Shown: positions 1 to 7,945 of the stretch, piece by piece
How the letters are laid out: each line of letters opens with the position of its first letter
Position numbering within the stretch: position 1 is the first letter of the stretch
Source: a candidate division WOR-3 bacterium
GTDB taxonomy: Bacteria; Hydrothermota; Hydrothermia; Hydrothermales; Hydrothermaceae
Direction: 5' to 3'
Assembly: GCA_039803745.1 (NCBI GenBank)
Contig: JBDRZD010000008.1
Coordinates: 1-23,504, forward strand
DNA length: 23,504 nucleotides
The notes under the pieces: model-generated
The model's database searches: none
Told to the model about the DNA's origin: nothing
Seen by the model: only the letters and a program-made list of their open reading frames with translations
Translations under genes and position numbers: made by a program

Positions 1-45
1 CTCTTAAATACTTTTTGAAAAATTGTATATAAATCGTATATGCAC

Positions 46-73
46 TTGACTTTTTTAAAAAATCTTTTATAAT
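46..73 (+). promoter_or_regulatory. Putative sigma70 promoter for the first gene
   Basis: TTGACT (46-51), 16-bp spacer, TATAAT (68-73); an ATG follows at 86. Confidence 0.5.
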
Positions 74-85
74 TTTATTTTAAAA

Positions 86-704
86 ATGATGTGGATCTTG
101 ATAGGTGGGAGATGTCCTACAGAAGAAGAGAAAAAATTTAAAAGGAATCCAAATCTTGAACTTTTCCTTTCACAAGAAGAAAGAAGTTATTTTTCACCTG
201 TTTTTTTCTCCGGATGGAGAAAAAGTGTATTGTATAATGAGGAGGTGGTTTTCTTATCATATTAAAAGTCTATTAGTTTCTATTTCTACAGATGATAAAA
301 AAATAAATAAAATTGTTGAAGATAGTGTAGTAGTTTTTACTCTTAATCATAGAGGAGACGAAATTGCTTATGTAAAAGGTCTAATAGATTGCATGTGTGA
401 AGACCCCGGGTTTAGATTGAATGATGAAGATAAAATTATATTTATAAATACATTAACAGGAAATATAATTAAAGAATTTGATCCAGTTTGTCCTTTTGTA
501 TGGGACTTAGAATTTACTCATGATGATAATTTTTTAATATTTTTAGGTTATGGTGATACAGCATTAAGGGGTTTTTATCGTTTAAATTTAAAAACCTTAA
601 AAGAAACACTTTTATTCACTACTGAATGGTTATCAAATGAAGAGTGGTATATAGTTTGTGACCTTTATTTATTTAATTTAAAAGAAAATTGGATTTTATG
701 TTAA
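86..704 (+). pseudogene. TolB/PD40-like beta-propeller protein, apparently frameshifted at a T7 run (ORF track gives 105..704)
   Basis: The frame from ATG 86 reads MMWILIGGRC...RSYFSPVF. Removing one T from the 201-207 run joins it to SPDGEKVY of the 105..704 frame and restores a PD40-type SPVFSPDG motif. Later propeller-like blades are present (LNHRGDEIAY, WDLEFTHDDNFLIF). Confidence 0.55.
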
Positions 705-1195
705 GTTTTACTTATGCTTCAAAAATAAATAATTTTTTCAAGTATGGTGGTAGTTTCAAATCAATTTACTACTTGCTTTTGCCTTTGATTGAGCCCCTCC
801 TCTTGCCTTCTAAATATTTTCCCCAAATATTATGGGCAAGTGACATTGGAGTGTTAACTCCTATTTCTAAAACTTTAAATCTTAGATTAAGCATTCTTAA
901 TTTCCCTTTTAGAATTTATAATATAGACAAATCTTTTGAGGTTAGAGGAGGGATAAATAAAAAATTTAATTTTTGTCCCCATTATATTTTTGAAATTTTT
1001 GGAGAAGTGATTAAACCACGAGATAGTGATTTTTCAGAAATAGGGAATCTTGCAGGTTTTGGAATTTTTTATAAAGGTTTATTTTACATGAAGGCTATAT
1101 ATATAGAAAGTCAAAAAAATTTGGATTTTCAAAATTTTGGGTTAGAGATTGGAATTAAACATAACTTTATTCAACTAAAAGGGAATGAAAATTAA
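689..1195 (+). CDS. Hypothetical outer-membrane beta-barrel protein (PorV/PorQ-like), probably N-terminally truncated
   Basis: Alternating beta-strand pattern (LSFTYASKI, YGGSFKSIY, ASDIGVL, LNLRLSILNF, FGLEIGIKHNF). TTG start, no signal peptide, in-frame stop at 674-676. Confidence 0.4.
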   Translation: MDFMLSFTYASKINNFFKYGGSFKSIYYLLLPLIEPLLLPSKYFPQILWASDIGVLTPISKTLNLRLSILNFPFRIYNIDKSFEVRGGINKKFNFCPHYIFEIFGEVIKPRDSDFSEIGNLAGFGIFYKGLFYMKAIYIESQKNLDFQNFGLEIGIKHNFIQLKGNEN

Positions 1196-1284
1196 AAATA
1201 AAGGGGCTAAGTTTTCTTCCACCTCGGGGGTGGAGATGATAAATTTTTTCAAATTCAGGCAATTGTTATAGAATATACATTTTT

Positions 1285-1314
1285 TTGAAATTTTTAACTT
1301 TTTATCTTTACACT
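1285..1314 (+). promoter_or_regulatory. Putative sigma70 promoter for the HAD hydrolase (near-leaderless)
   Basis: TTGAAA (1285-1290), 18 bp, TACACT (1309-1314); ATG 9 nt later with no SD. Confidence 0.35.
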
Positions 1315-1323
1315 TTAAAACTT

Positions 1324-2037
1324 ATGAAATTTAAACTATTCAGTTTTGATTACTGGGATACGATAGTTCCGATAGATGCTGAAAAGGTTGAAAATATGAG
1401 GAAAGAAAGGGCATTTTATCTTTCTAAAGTTTTTAAAGAATGGGGATATGAGATAAATTCTGATTTAATAAAGTATATATCCCATGAGATATGGGAAATT
1501 TACAAATCCTATGACGAGACAAAGGAGATAACATTAAAAAAGATAGTTTCTGATATACTCTTATCTTTAAAAATAGAGATTGATGATGAAAAGGTTGAAA
1601 AGGTTGTTAAAATTTATGAAGATTTTTTAATAAAGGCAGGATTTAATATTTCAGAAGGTATTGCTGATTTTTTAAAAAAGGCAAAGTCAAAAAATAAAAA
1701 AATAATAATTATCTCAAATACACCCGGTGCAAATGTTGAAAGGGAGATATTAAAGGAAAATAAAATTTTTGATTTTTTTGATGCTTTTTATTTTTCCTGT
1801 GAAGTTGGAATAAGGAAGCCACATCCAGAAATATTTGAAAGAGCAATTAATGACTTTAACATATTAAAAAGTGAGGTTGTCCATATAGGTGATAGACCAG
1901 AACTTGATATTGTTGGTGCAAAAAATGCAGGCATTTTCTCAATTTATTATAATCCAAAGGGATATAAATATCCGGATAATTTTCCAAAACCGGATTTTGA
2001 AATAAAGAATTTTGAGGAACTTGAAAGATTTCTATAG
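1324..2037 (+). CDS. HAD superfamily hydrolase, subfamily IA
   Basis: Motif I FDYWDT, motif II ISNT, motif III RKPHPEIF, motif IV IGDRPELDIVGAKNAG. ATG 1324 is preferred over TTG 1285 because motif I normally sits near the N-terminus. Confidence 0.9.
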   Translation: MKFKLFSFDYWDTIVPIDAEKVENMRKERAFYLSKVFKEWGYEINSDLIKYISHEIWEIYKSYDETKEITLKKIVSDILLSLKIEIDDEKVEKVVKIYEDFLIKAGFNISEGIADFLKKAKSKNKKIIIISNTPGANVEREILKENKIFDFFDAFYFSCEVGIRKPHPEIFERAINDFNILKSEVVHIGDRPELDIVGAKNAGIFSIYYNPKGYKYPDNFPKPDFEIKNFEELERFL

Positions 2038-2046
2038 GAGGTAAAT

Positions 2047-3066
2047 ATGTGTAAAAAAATTTTAATGTTTTCAGGTTTAATTTTTCTTTCATGCTCAAAA
2101 GAAATCATTTTTAAAGGCGAGGAAAGATATATATCAAATATAAGGCAACTTACCTTTGAAGGGGATAATGCAGAGGCATATTTTTCATGGGATGATAAAT
2201 ATTTGATATTTCAGAGCACAAGAGACGAGTTTAAATGTGACCAGATTTTTATTATGGATATAAAGGGCAAAAACTTAAAACTTGTTTCAACAGGGTTTGG
2301 AAGAACAACCTGTTCTTATTTTTTCCCTGATAACAAAAGAATAATATATTCATCAACACATCATATTTCAAAAGAATGTCCCGAAGTTCCAAAACTTAAT
2401 TTAAAAAGATATTACTGGACAATTTTTGATTATGATATATATCTTGCAACAAGAGAAGGGGAAATAATAGAAAGGCTTACAGATAATCCTGAATATGATG
2501 CAGAAGGTGTTATATCAAGGGATGGAAAAATTGTTTTTACTTCTTTTAGAGAAGGAGATATAGGTATATATATTTTAGATCCTTCAAATAAAGAAGTTAA
2601 AAAAGTTATAAATGAATTTGGTTATGAAGGAGGTCCCTGGTTTTCTCCTGATGGAAAGAAAATAGTTTTTAGAGCCTTTTATCCTGAAACAGAAGAGGAA
2701 AAAAGGGAATATATTGAACTTTTAGAAAAGAGGGTTGTTTCACCTCCCTGGATGGAAATATTTATAATTGATGTGGATGGTAAAAATTTAAGAAAAATAA
2801 CAAATTTTAAGAAAATATGCTTTGCACCCCAGTGGCATCCATCAGGAGAATATATAATATTTTCTGCAAATTTAGAATCACCAAGAAATTTTGATTTATA
2901 TATAATAAAACCTGATGGAACCGGCCTTGAAAGGATAACCTATTTTGAAGGATTTGATTCATTTCCAATGTTCTCTCATGATGGTAAAAAACTTGTTTTC
3001 TGTTCAAATAGAAAAGGTAAAACTCCTCACCAGACTAATGTTTTTATATGTGATTGGAAAAAGTGA
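2047..3066 (+). CDS. TolB-like PD40 beta-propeller lipoprotein
   Basis: Lipobox-like LIFLSC; repeated PD40 motifs (AEAYFSWD, GGPWFSPDGKKIVF, APQWHPSG, SFPMFSHDGKKLVFCSNR); SD AGGAGG upstream. Confidence 0.85.
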   Translation: MCKKILMFSGLIFLSCSKEIIFKGEERYISNIRQLTFEGDNAEAYFSWDDKYLIFQSTRDEFKCDQIFIMDIKGKNLKLVSTGFGRTTCSYFFPDNKRIIYSSTHHISKECPEVPKLNLKRYYWTIFDYDIYLATREGEIIERLTDNPEYDAEGVISRDGKIVFTSFREGDIGIYILDPSNKEVKKVINEFGYEGGPWFSPDGKKIVFRAFYPETEEEKREYIELLEKRVVSPPWMEIFIIDVDGKNLRKITNFKKICFAPQWHPSGEYIIFSANLESPRNFDLYIIKPDGTGLERITYFEGFDSFPMFSHDGKKLVFCSNRKGKTPHQTNVFICDWKK

Positions 3067-3071
3067 TTAAC

Positions 3072-5648
3072 TCATTTAATTATTATTAATTTAAATGTTC
3101 CTTCTTTTTTATCTTTTAACTTGAGAAAATAGATTCCTTCTTTTTCCCTTAATAAAATTTTTAAGACATCTTTATAAGGAATAATCCTTATCTCTCTTTT
3201 TCTTCCACATATATCTATTAGTCTTATTTTCTCAAAATTTGAATTTCTTTTTAAATGTATTACAGAATTTTCATTCAGTATATTTGGAAAAACAATTTTT
3301 TCTTCCCCGCGTGGTAAAGTTTTTTCCTTAACTTTTATCTCTATACCAAGCCATTCAAGACATTTTCTTATTATGTCATATCTTGAAGAATAAGACGGAT
3401 TATAAACATTTTTTACTGCTTCTAAACCGAAAGGAAAGTATATAATTTTATAACCAAAATTTATATCGTTATACCATATTCCAGCGCCTTTTATATTTAA
3501 TGTATCATAAGTTAAAAAAAGATGGGAATATGAATCATTTAATATTATGTCTTTTGAATTCTGATTATTTGCTGCACCAATTGTTGAAATCTTTTTAAAA
3601 TTTGAGCCAAGGCTATCTGAGTTGATTGGAAAAACAAGTGAACCTATATGGGTTGGAGCAACGAATATTGCATGTAAATAATTTGTATAAAAAGAAGTAT
3701 TTCCTATATCTTCTCCTATATTCTGTCCTGTTATGAGTAATTTTCCCCCTTCTTGAAGAAATAATTTTAAACTTTCCTGCTCATTGGTTGAAACAGTATT
3801 TATTTTACTATCACCTGTAAACCACAAAATTAATCTATTTTCAAATTCATTTATTTTGCTAAAATTAAAAATCCCGCTATCCCTTACCACCCATATACAG
3901 TATCTTAAATTTAGAGAATCAAGAACTTCTTTATAATATTCATTGTATTTACCCAAAGAGTCTCTATTTATAACAAGAAGCTGAGAAGGTGCTGTATTAA
4001 CATAGATGAATGTATCAGAATTTATTTCAATTGAATCAATCGTTATTTCAGGATATGGAATTTTCTGTAAAAATCTTAAAGTGTATGTTGATTCAGGAAT
4101 AAATGTAATAAAATATCCATTTGTATCACTCATTGTATATTTATAAAAATTACCATTTAAAAATCTTATTTCCAATTTTGTTTTAATTCCCTTTTGATTA
4201 ACACTATCTTTTATCCATCCCTGTAAAACTATATAAGGTTTTACTTCATATAAAAGTTTTGAAGTATCATTTGAGTTCCTCTCATCTAAAGAAAAGATTG
4301 TATATGCCTCAAAATTATAATTTCCGGGCGAGTTAGGAATCCAATCAGTTAAATATACTTCTTTTTCTTCTCCCATGGAAATAGAAAGAGTTGTGTCATA
4401 GGTGAATGGGGATTCAAGGTGAAGTATGAAATAATTTACTGATTGAAACCCATAATTTGGAATTCTTAAAATTAACGGAATCGTATCGTATGGAACACTG
4501 GGGAGATTCGGATTTGGGGATAAAAATTCTGCAACTCCAACATCATAATTCTTTATTGAATCCATTAAGTTTTCAAAACCCATAAATACCATATAAGAGG
4601 ATATCCAGGAATGGTCTCCTGTAGGAGGACCTCCTTTTGTTGGAGGAACGCCTCCATCATTATCTAAATCCTGAATGAGTAAGGTATCTGTTAATTCATG
4701 ATGAAACAAATCCCAATCAGGTTTCTGTGCAATTCTTGCTGATGCATCATAAGCCCTTGCATACCATATATTCCATGAATTATTCCATTCACCTGTTGGC
4801 TGATAATATTTCATCAAAGGAATATATGTATTTAACCAGTTATATCCTGATATACTATCATCTTTGAAAATAGAATTGCATAATCCCCATACAACTGTGC
4901 CACCTGACATAGCCCATACTTCATCATTTAATCTTGTATTTGGATCCTGTTCAACCCAATTTTTAACCCTTATAGCCATTTCAATTGCTGAATCCATAAG
5001 TGCAGAATCGTTCATACTTTTTGCATATAAATAAAGACAACCCGCGACAAAACTTTGAACTTTTGGATGAAGCCTTTTATAAAATGTGTCAATTCCGGTA
5101 AATGGAAGGTCATGGGTAAGAATGTATAATATACATGAATCTGCATACCATTTATAAGAGGTATCTTGGGTTACTTCTCTATATTTTTGCTCAGCAAAAA
5201 GACCCAATCCACAGTTCCATACTCTATAATAATCCGTTGTTCCTTCTTCTTTCCATGCAGGAAAATTTTTCACGTATATCCATGCCCTTCTTATATTTTT
5301 CTTATATATGGTATCACCTGTTAATTCCATATATCTTGACCATACCCATATCGCTTCCTGAGTGTTATCAGTTTCTATTATATTCATTGCATTTTCACCT
5401 TCAATCATCCCGCCAAAATTGGGAGAATTTGTATCAGAAACTTGGAGGGTTGTTAAAAAACTCGCTGTTTGAAAAAGTTCATGTATATAACTCCATGTCT
5501 TAAAGTTATGCTGGCCTCTTTTAATTTCCCATTGGAATACCGCTTTCCCCTTTAAGTCCTGTCCTGATTTTATAAAATCATATTCATCCCAGTAGGGAAG
5601 GGATAAAAGAATACCATTTAAAAGTAAAATCATTAATATTTTTTTCAT
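3072..5648 (-). CDS. Large secreted multidomain protein with a T9SS type A sorting-like C-terminal domain
   Basis: AAGGAGGG SD before ATG 5648 and signal peptide MKKILMILLLNGILLS. Then a helical, Trp-rich (alpha/alpha barrel-like) domain, a CARDB/Ig-like domain (DERNSNDT), a carboxypeptidase-regulatory-like domain (GWIKDS...SDTNGYF) and a GATase-like domain (LWFTG...FLQEGGKLLITGQNIG). The tail reads IDICGRK...GIYFLKL...FKLIIIK. Confidence 0.8.
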   Translation of the reverse strand: MKKILMILLLNGILLSLPYWDEYDFIKSGQDLKGKAVFQWEIKRGQHNFKTWSYIHELFQTASFLTTLQVSDTNSPNFGGMIEGENAMNIIETDNTQEAIWVWSRYMELTGDTIYKKNIRRAWIYVKNFPAWKEEGTTDYYRVWNCGLGLFAEQKYREVTQDTSYKWYADSCILYILTHDLPFTGIDTFYKRLHPKVQSFVAGCLYLYAKSMNDSALMDSAIEMAIRVKNWVEQDPNTRLNDEVWAMSGGTVVWGLCNSIFKDDSISGYNWLNTYIPLMKYYQPTGEWNNSWNIWYARAYDASARIAQKPDWDLFHHELTDTLLIQDLDNDGGVPPTKGGPPTGDHSWISSYMVFMGFENLMDSIKNYDVGVAEFLSPNPNLPSVPYDTIPLILRIPNYGFQSVNYFILHLESPFTYDTTLSISMGEEKEVYLTDWIPNSPGNYNFEAYTIFSLDERNSNDTSKLLYEVKPYIVLQGWIKDSVNQKGIKTKLEIRFLNGNFYKYTMSDTNGYFITFIPESTYTLRFLQKIPYPEITIDSIEINSDTFIYVNTAPSQLLVINRDSLGKYNEYYKEVLDSLNLRYCIWVVRDSGIFNFSKINEFENRLILWFTGDSKINTVSTNEQESLKLFLQEGGKLLITGQNIGEDIGNTSFYTNYLHAIFVAPTHIGSLVFPINSDSLGSNFKKISTIGAANNQNSKDIILNDSYSHLFLTYDTLNIKGAGIWYNDINFGYKIIYFPFGLEAVKNVYNPSYSSRYDIIRKCLEWLGIEIKVKEKTLPRGEEKIVFPNILNENSVIHLKRNSNFEKIRLIDICGRKREIRIIPYKDVLKILLREKEGIYFLKLKDKKEGTFKLIIIK

Positions 5649-5704
5649 TGAACCCTCCTTTAAATTTATAATATTAAGGATTTTAATTTTTAAAATCAAT
5701 TCAG

Positions 5705-5735
5705 TTGAAAATAATGCTTAATTTTCTTTAATATT
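5705..5735 (+). promoter_or_regulatory. Putative promoter of tRNA-Leu(GAG)
   Basis: TTGAAA, 18 bp, TAATAT; same layout as upstream of the second tRNA-Leu. Confidence 0.4.
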
Positions 5736-5748
5736 ATAACCTACTTCT

Positions 5749-5832
5749 GCCGGGGTGGCGGAATTGGCAGACGCACATGGTTGAGGGCCATGCGGGTTTA
5801 AGCCCGTGCGGGTTCAAATCCCGCCCCCGGCA
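5749..5832 (+). tRNA. trnL: tRNA-Leu(GAG)
   Basis: Acceptor stem GCCGGGG/CCCCGGC, anticodon arm CATGG-TTGAGGG-CCATG, long variable arm, T arm GCGGG-TTCAAAT-CCCGC, discriminator A; CCA not encoded. Confidence 0.97.
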
Positions 5833-6341
5833 CAAGAAAAATAGGATTTCAATTTTTTCAACGCTCTGAAGATTTTTATTTTAACAGTATTTTCTTGAAT
5901 TCCCATTATTTCTGAAATTTCTTTTATTTTAAAGTTTTCAATATATTTTAAAATTATAATTTCTCTATCTTCTTCTTTTAAATTTAAAAGAGCACTTTCA
6001 ATTTTCCCCTTTAATCTCATTCTTTCATAAATATCATTTTTATTTTCGTAAATTTCTTCAATAAAAGGCATTTCCTTTTTCTTTTTTCTCAAAAAATCAA
6101 TACAGCAGTTCCTTGCTATTTTAAAAATGAAAGCCCTTGCATTCCTTTTAAAATCTATATTGTTTATATTCTTAAAAATTTTTAAAAATGTATCCTGGAG
6201 TAAATCTTCCGCATCTTCTTTATTATAAACAATTCTATAAATATAATTATAAAGAGGAATCTTATATTCTCTTACAAAGATTCTTACAGCATTTTCATCT
6301 TTTTTTCTAAGTTTTTCAATATATTCCTCATTTAATTCCAT
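5814..6341 (-). CDS. ECF-type RNA polymerase sigma-70 factor (SigW/RpoE-like)
   Basis: Region 2 DAEDLLQDTFLKIF...FIFKIARNCCIDFLRK; region 4 HTH EISEIMGIQENTVKIKIFRALKKL; the ATG abuts the upstream stop codon. Confidence 0.93.
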   Translation of the reverse strand: MELNEEYIEKLRKKDENAVRIFVREYKIPLYNYIYRIVYNKEDAEDLLQDTFLKIFKNINNIDFKRNARAFIFKIARNCCIDFLRKKKKEMPFIEEIYENKNDIYERMRLKGKIESALLNLKEEDREIIILKYIENFKIKEISEIMGIQENTVKIKIFRALKKLKSYFSCAGGGI

Positions 6342-7280
6342 TCACAATTTTCTTGTTCCAAGTCTTGATAGTATAATGGAACCAAGGCCAAATGTGAAAT
6401 AAAGATATAATATAAAAAGGATTATCAAAGTAATAACAAAACCAAAAACCCCGAGTATTGTATTCCCTGTTTTAAGAAGATTTCCTAAAATTAAAATTAT
6501 AAAAAGAATTATACACCCTGTAAAGGAAAGAAAATAGGTTTGTGAAGGCAAAAAATCAGCATTTTTCTTAATCAATTTGCCTATGAATAAAGATGAGGGA
6601 GCAAGGGATATTAAAAGTGCAAGCACAAATGCTATAATAAAAAGAGGGATAAGGAGTATTCCTATAATACTTATTATTAAGAAAATCAAAGCAGGAAAAA
6701 AAAGTATTTCTACTAAAAATCCTGTAAGAAAACACATACCCATTCTTTTTTCAATAAACATTTCCATATTTTCAATACCCTGAGGAAATATAAGTGAAAT
6801 TAAAAGAATTATTAAAGAAAGAGAAGTTCCCCAGATAAAAATAAGAATAGGCATTATATATTTTTTTCCTTCTTTAATTTTTATTTTTTCTTCCTTAATT
6901 TCAGTTTTTGCTGGAACCTTACCTTTATGGGGGATGAGTTTGAAAAAGATATTTAATGGTCCAAGATAAATCTGTGAAATTTCCCCTTCAATTTCCACAT
7001 CTTTTTCTCTATTTATTTTTCCCCCAACAACTGCCAAACTTCCTCTTATATAAGAACCGGAATATAAATTTGCATTTCCACCAATAACTGCCACATTACC
7101 ATCAATTCTGCCATATAACTCAAGATCCCCATTTATTACTGCAACATCTCCTTTTACTTCTCCTTCAATTATAAGTGTTTCTCCTATAACATTTATATCC
7201 TCTTCAATTTTTTCATCCTTTCTTACATAAAAGGCATTTAAAAGAAATACTCCTATAATCAGGATTAAAAATTTTTTCAT
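6342..7280 (-). CDS. Membrane protein with an N-terminal bactofilin-like (polymer-forming) beta-helix and a C-terminal multi-TM domain
   Basis: Signal peptide; repeats GEVKGDVAVINGD / GRIDGNVAVIGGN / YIRGSLAVVGGK; several hydrophobic segments; SD AAGGAGG. Confidence 0.8.
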   Translation of the reverse strand: MKKFLILIIGVFLLNAFYVRKDEKIEEDINVIGETLIIEGEVKGDVAVINGDLELYGRIDGNVAVIGGNANLYSGSYIRGSLAVVGGKINREKDVEIEGEISQIYLGPLNIFFKLIPHKGKVPAKTEIKEEKIKIKEGKKYIMPILIFIWGTSLSLIILLISLIFPQGIENMEMFIEKRMGMCFLTGFLVEILFFPALIFLIISIIGILLIPLFIIAFVLALLISLAPSSLFIGKLIKKNADFLPSQTYFLSFTGCIILFIILILGNLLKTGNTILGVFGFVITLIILFILYLYFTFGLGSIILSRLGTRKL

Positions 7281-7762
7281 AATTTCACCTCCTTTAAAGC
7301 AAATTTTTTAAATAAATAAATTAAAATGAATAAAAGAATTGTATTGGTTATAATGAAGGTAAAAATGATCGGAGTAATTACATAAAATATTTTAAATTCA
7401 AAGATAGAAGAAAAAATTTTAAACAAAGATATTATTTTGGATAAAAATATGATAAAAGAAGGTAAAAATTTTTTAAAAGAATATAATAAAAATAAAGCCA
7501 CTAAAAAGATAAAAAGGGATAATGAAAAAGCGGAAACTCTTAAATAAATTGGTTCTTTTAAAATTAAATATATTATTTTTTCTTCAAAGTTTAAAGAAGG
7601 TTCAAATTTTTCAATTTTATTTATTTCATTTTTTAATTCAACTATATAATTATAAAAATCCCTGCAAGAATGGCATTTTTCAATATGAATTAGTATTTCT
7701 TCAGGAAGTTTTTCCCCTTCAAGAAGCTCGATTATTTTTTGTTCTATTATTTCACAATTCAT
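7277..7762 (-). CDS. Zinc-binding anti-sigma factor (ZAS/zf-HC2, RsiW-like), membrane-bound
   Basis: MNC...HIEKCHSC (C-Xn-HxxxCxxC), EPSLNFEEKI linker, 2-3 hydrophobic helices. Confidence 0.85.
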   Translation of the reverse strand: MNCEIIEQKIIELLEGEKLPEEILIHIEKCHSCRDFYNYIVELKNEINKIEKFEPSLNFEEKIIYLILKEPIYLRVSAFSLSLFIFLVALFLLYSFKKFLPSFIIFLSKIISLFKIFSSIFEFKIFYVITPIIFTFIITNTILLFILIYLFKKFALKEVKL

Positions 7763-7771
7763 TTAATATTA

Positions 7772-7800
7772 AATACGAAGAAAAAGATAAAAAAGTTTCA
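7772..7800 (-). promoter_or_regulatory. ECF (SigW/SigM-like) promoter for the anti-sigma operon
   Basis: The minus strand reads TGAAAC-N17-CGTA, ending 11 nt before ATG 7762; it resembles the B. subtilis SigW consensus TGAAAC-N16-CGTA. Confidence 0.7.
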
Positions 7801-7802
7801 AA

Positions 7803-7833
7803 TTGAAATAAAATTTTGTTATACTTTAATATT
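7803..7833 (+). promoter_or_regulatory. Putative promoter of tRNA-Leu(CAA)
   Basis: TTGAAA, 18 bp, TAATAT; also an extended -10 TGtTATACT at 7817-7825. Confidence 0.45.
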
Positions 7834-7850
7834 TAAATACTAAAACTTCT

Positions 7851-7936
7851 GCCGGGATGGCGGAATCAGGCAGACGCGGCGGATTCAAAATCCGCTGGGA
7901 GAAAATCCCATGGGGGTTCAAGTCCCCCTCCCGGCA
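7851..7936 (+). tRNA. trnL: tRNA-Leu(CAA)
   Basis: Acceptor stem GCCGGGA/TCCCGGC, anticodon arm GCGGA-TTCAAAA-TCCGC, variable arm TGGGA/TCCCA, T arm GGGGG-TTCAAGT-CCCCC, discriminator A; CCA not encoded. Confidence 0.97.
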
Positions 7937-7945
7937 TAAAAATTT

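Noticed and set aside
1231..1260. Fluoride riboswitch-like GGAGATG
   Set aside because: No complementary stem or downstream conserved elements
1856..5503. Short ORFs 1856..2098, 2807..3007 and 5135..5503
   Set aside because: Antisense to well-supported genes; no motifs or SD
5649..5699. Longer TTG-start N-terminus of the 875-aa ORF
   Set aside because: The strong SD and signal peptide indicate ATG 5648
7761..7774. 14-bp palindrome ATTTAATATTAAAT at the anti-sigma start
   Set aside because: All A/T; plausible by chance at this base composition
6577..7806. Plus-strand ORFs 6577..6783 and 7522..7806
   Set aside because: Shadows of the ECF cassette genes
5749..7936. Active integrative element at tRNA-Leu
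   Set aside because: No integrase and no duplicated tRNA 3' end (att site); both tRNAs are complete, distinct isoacceptors
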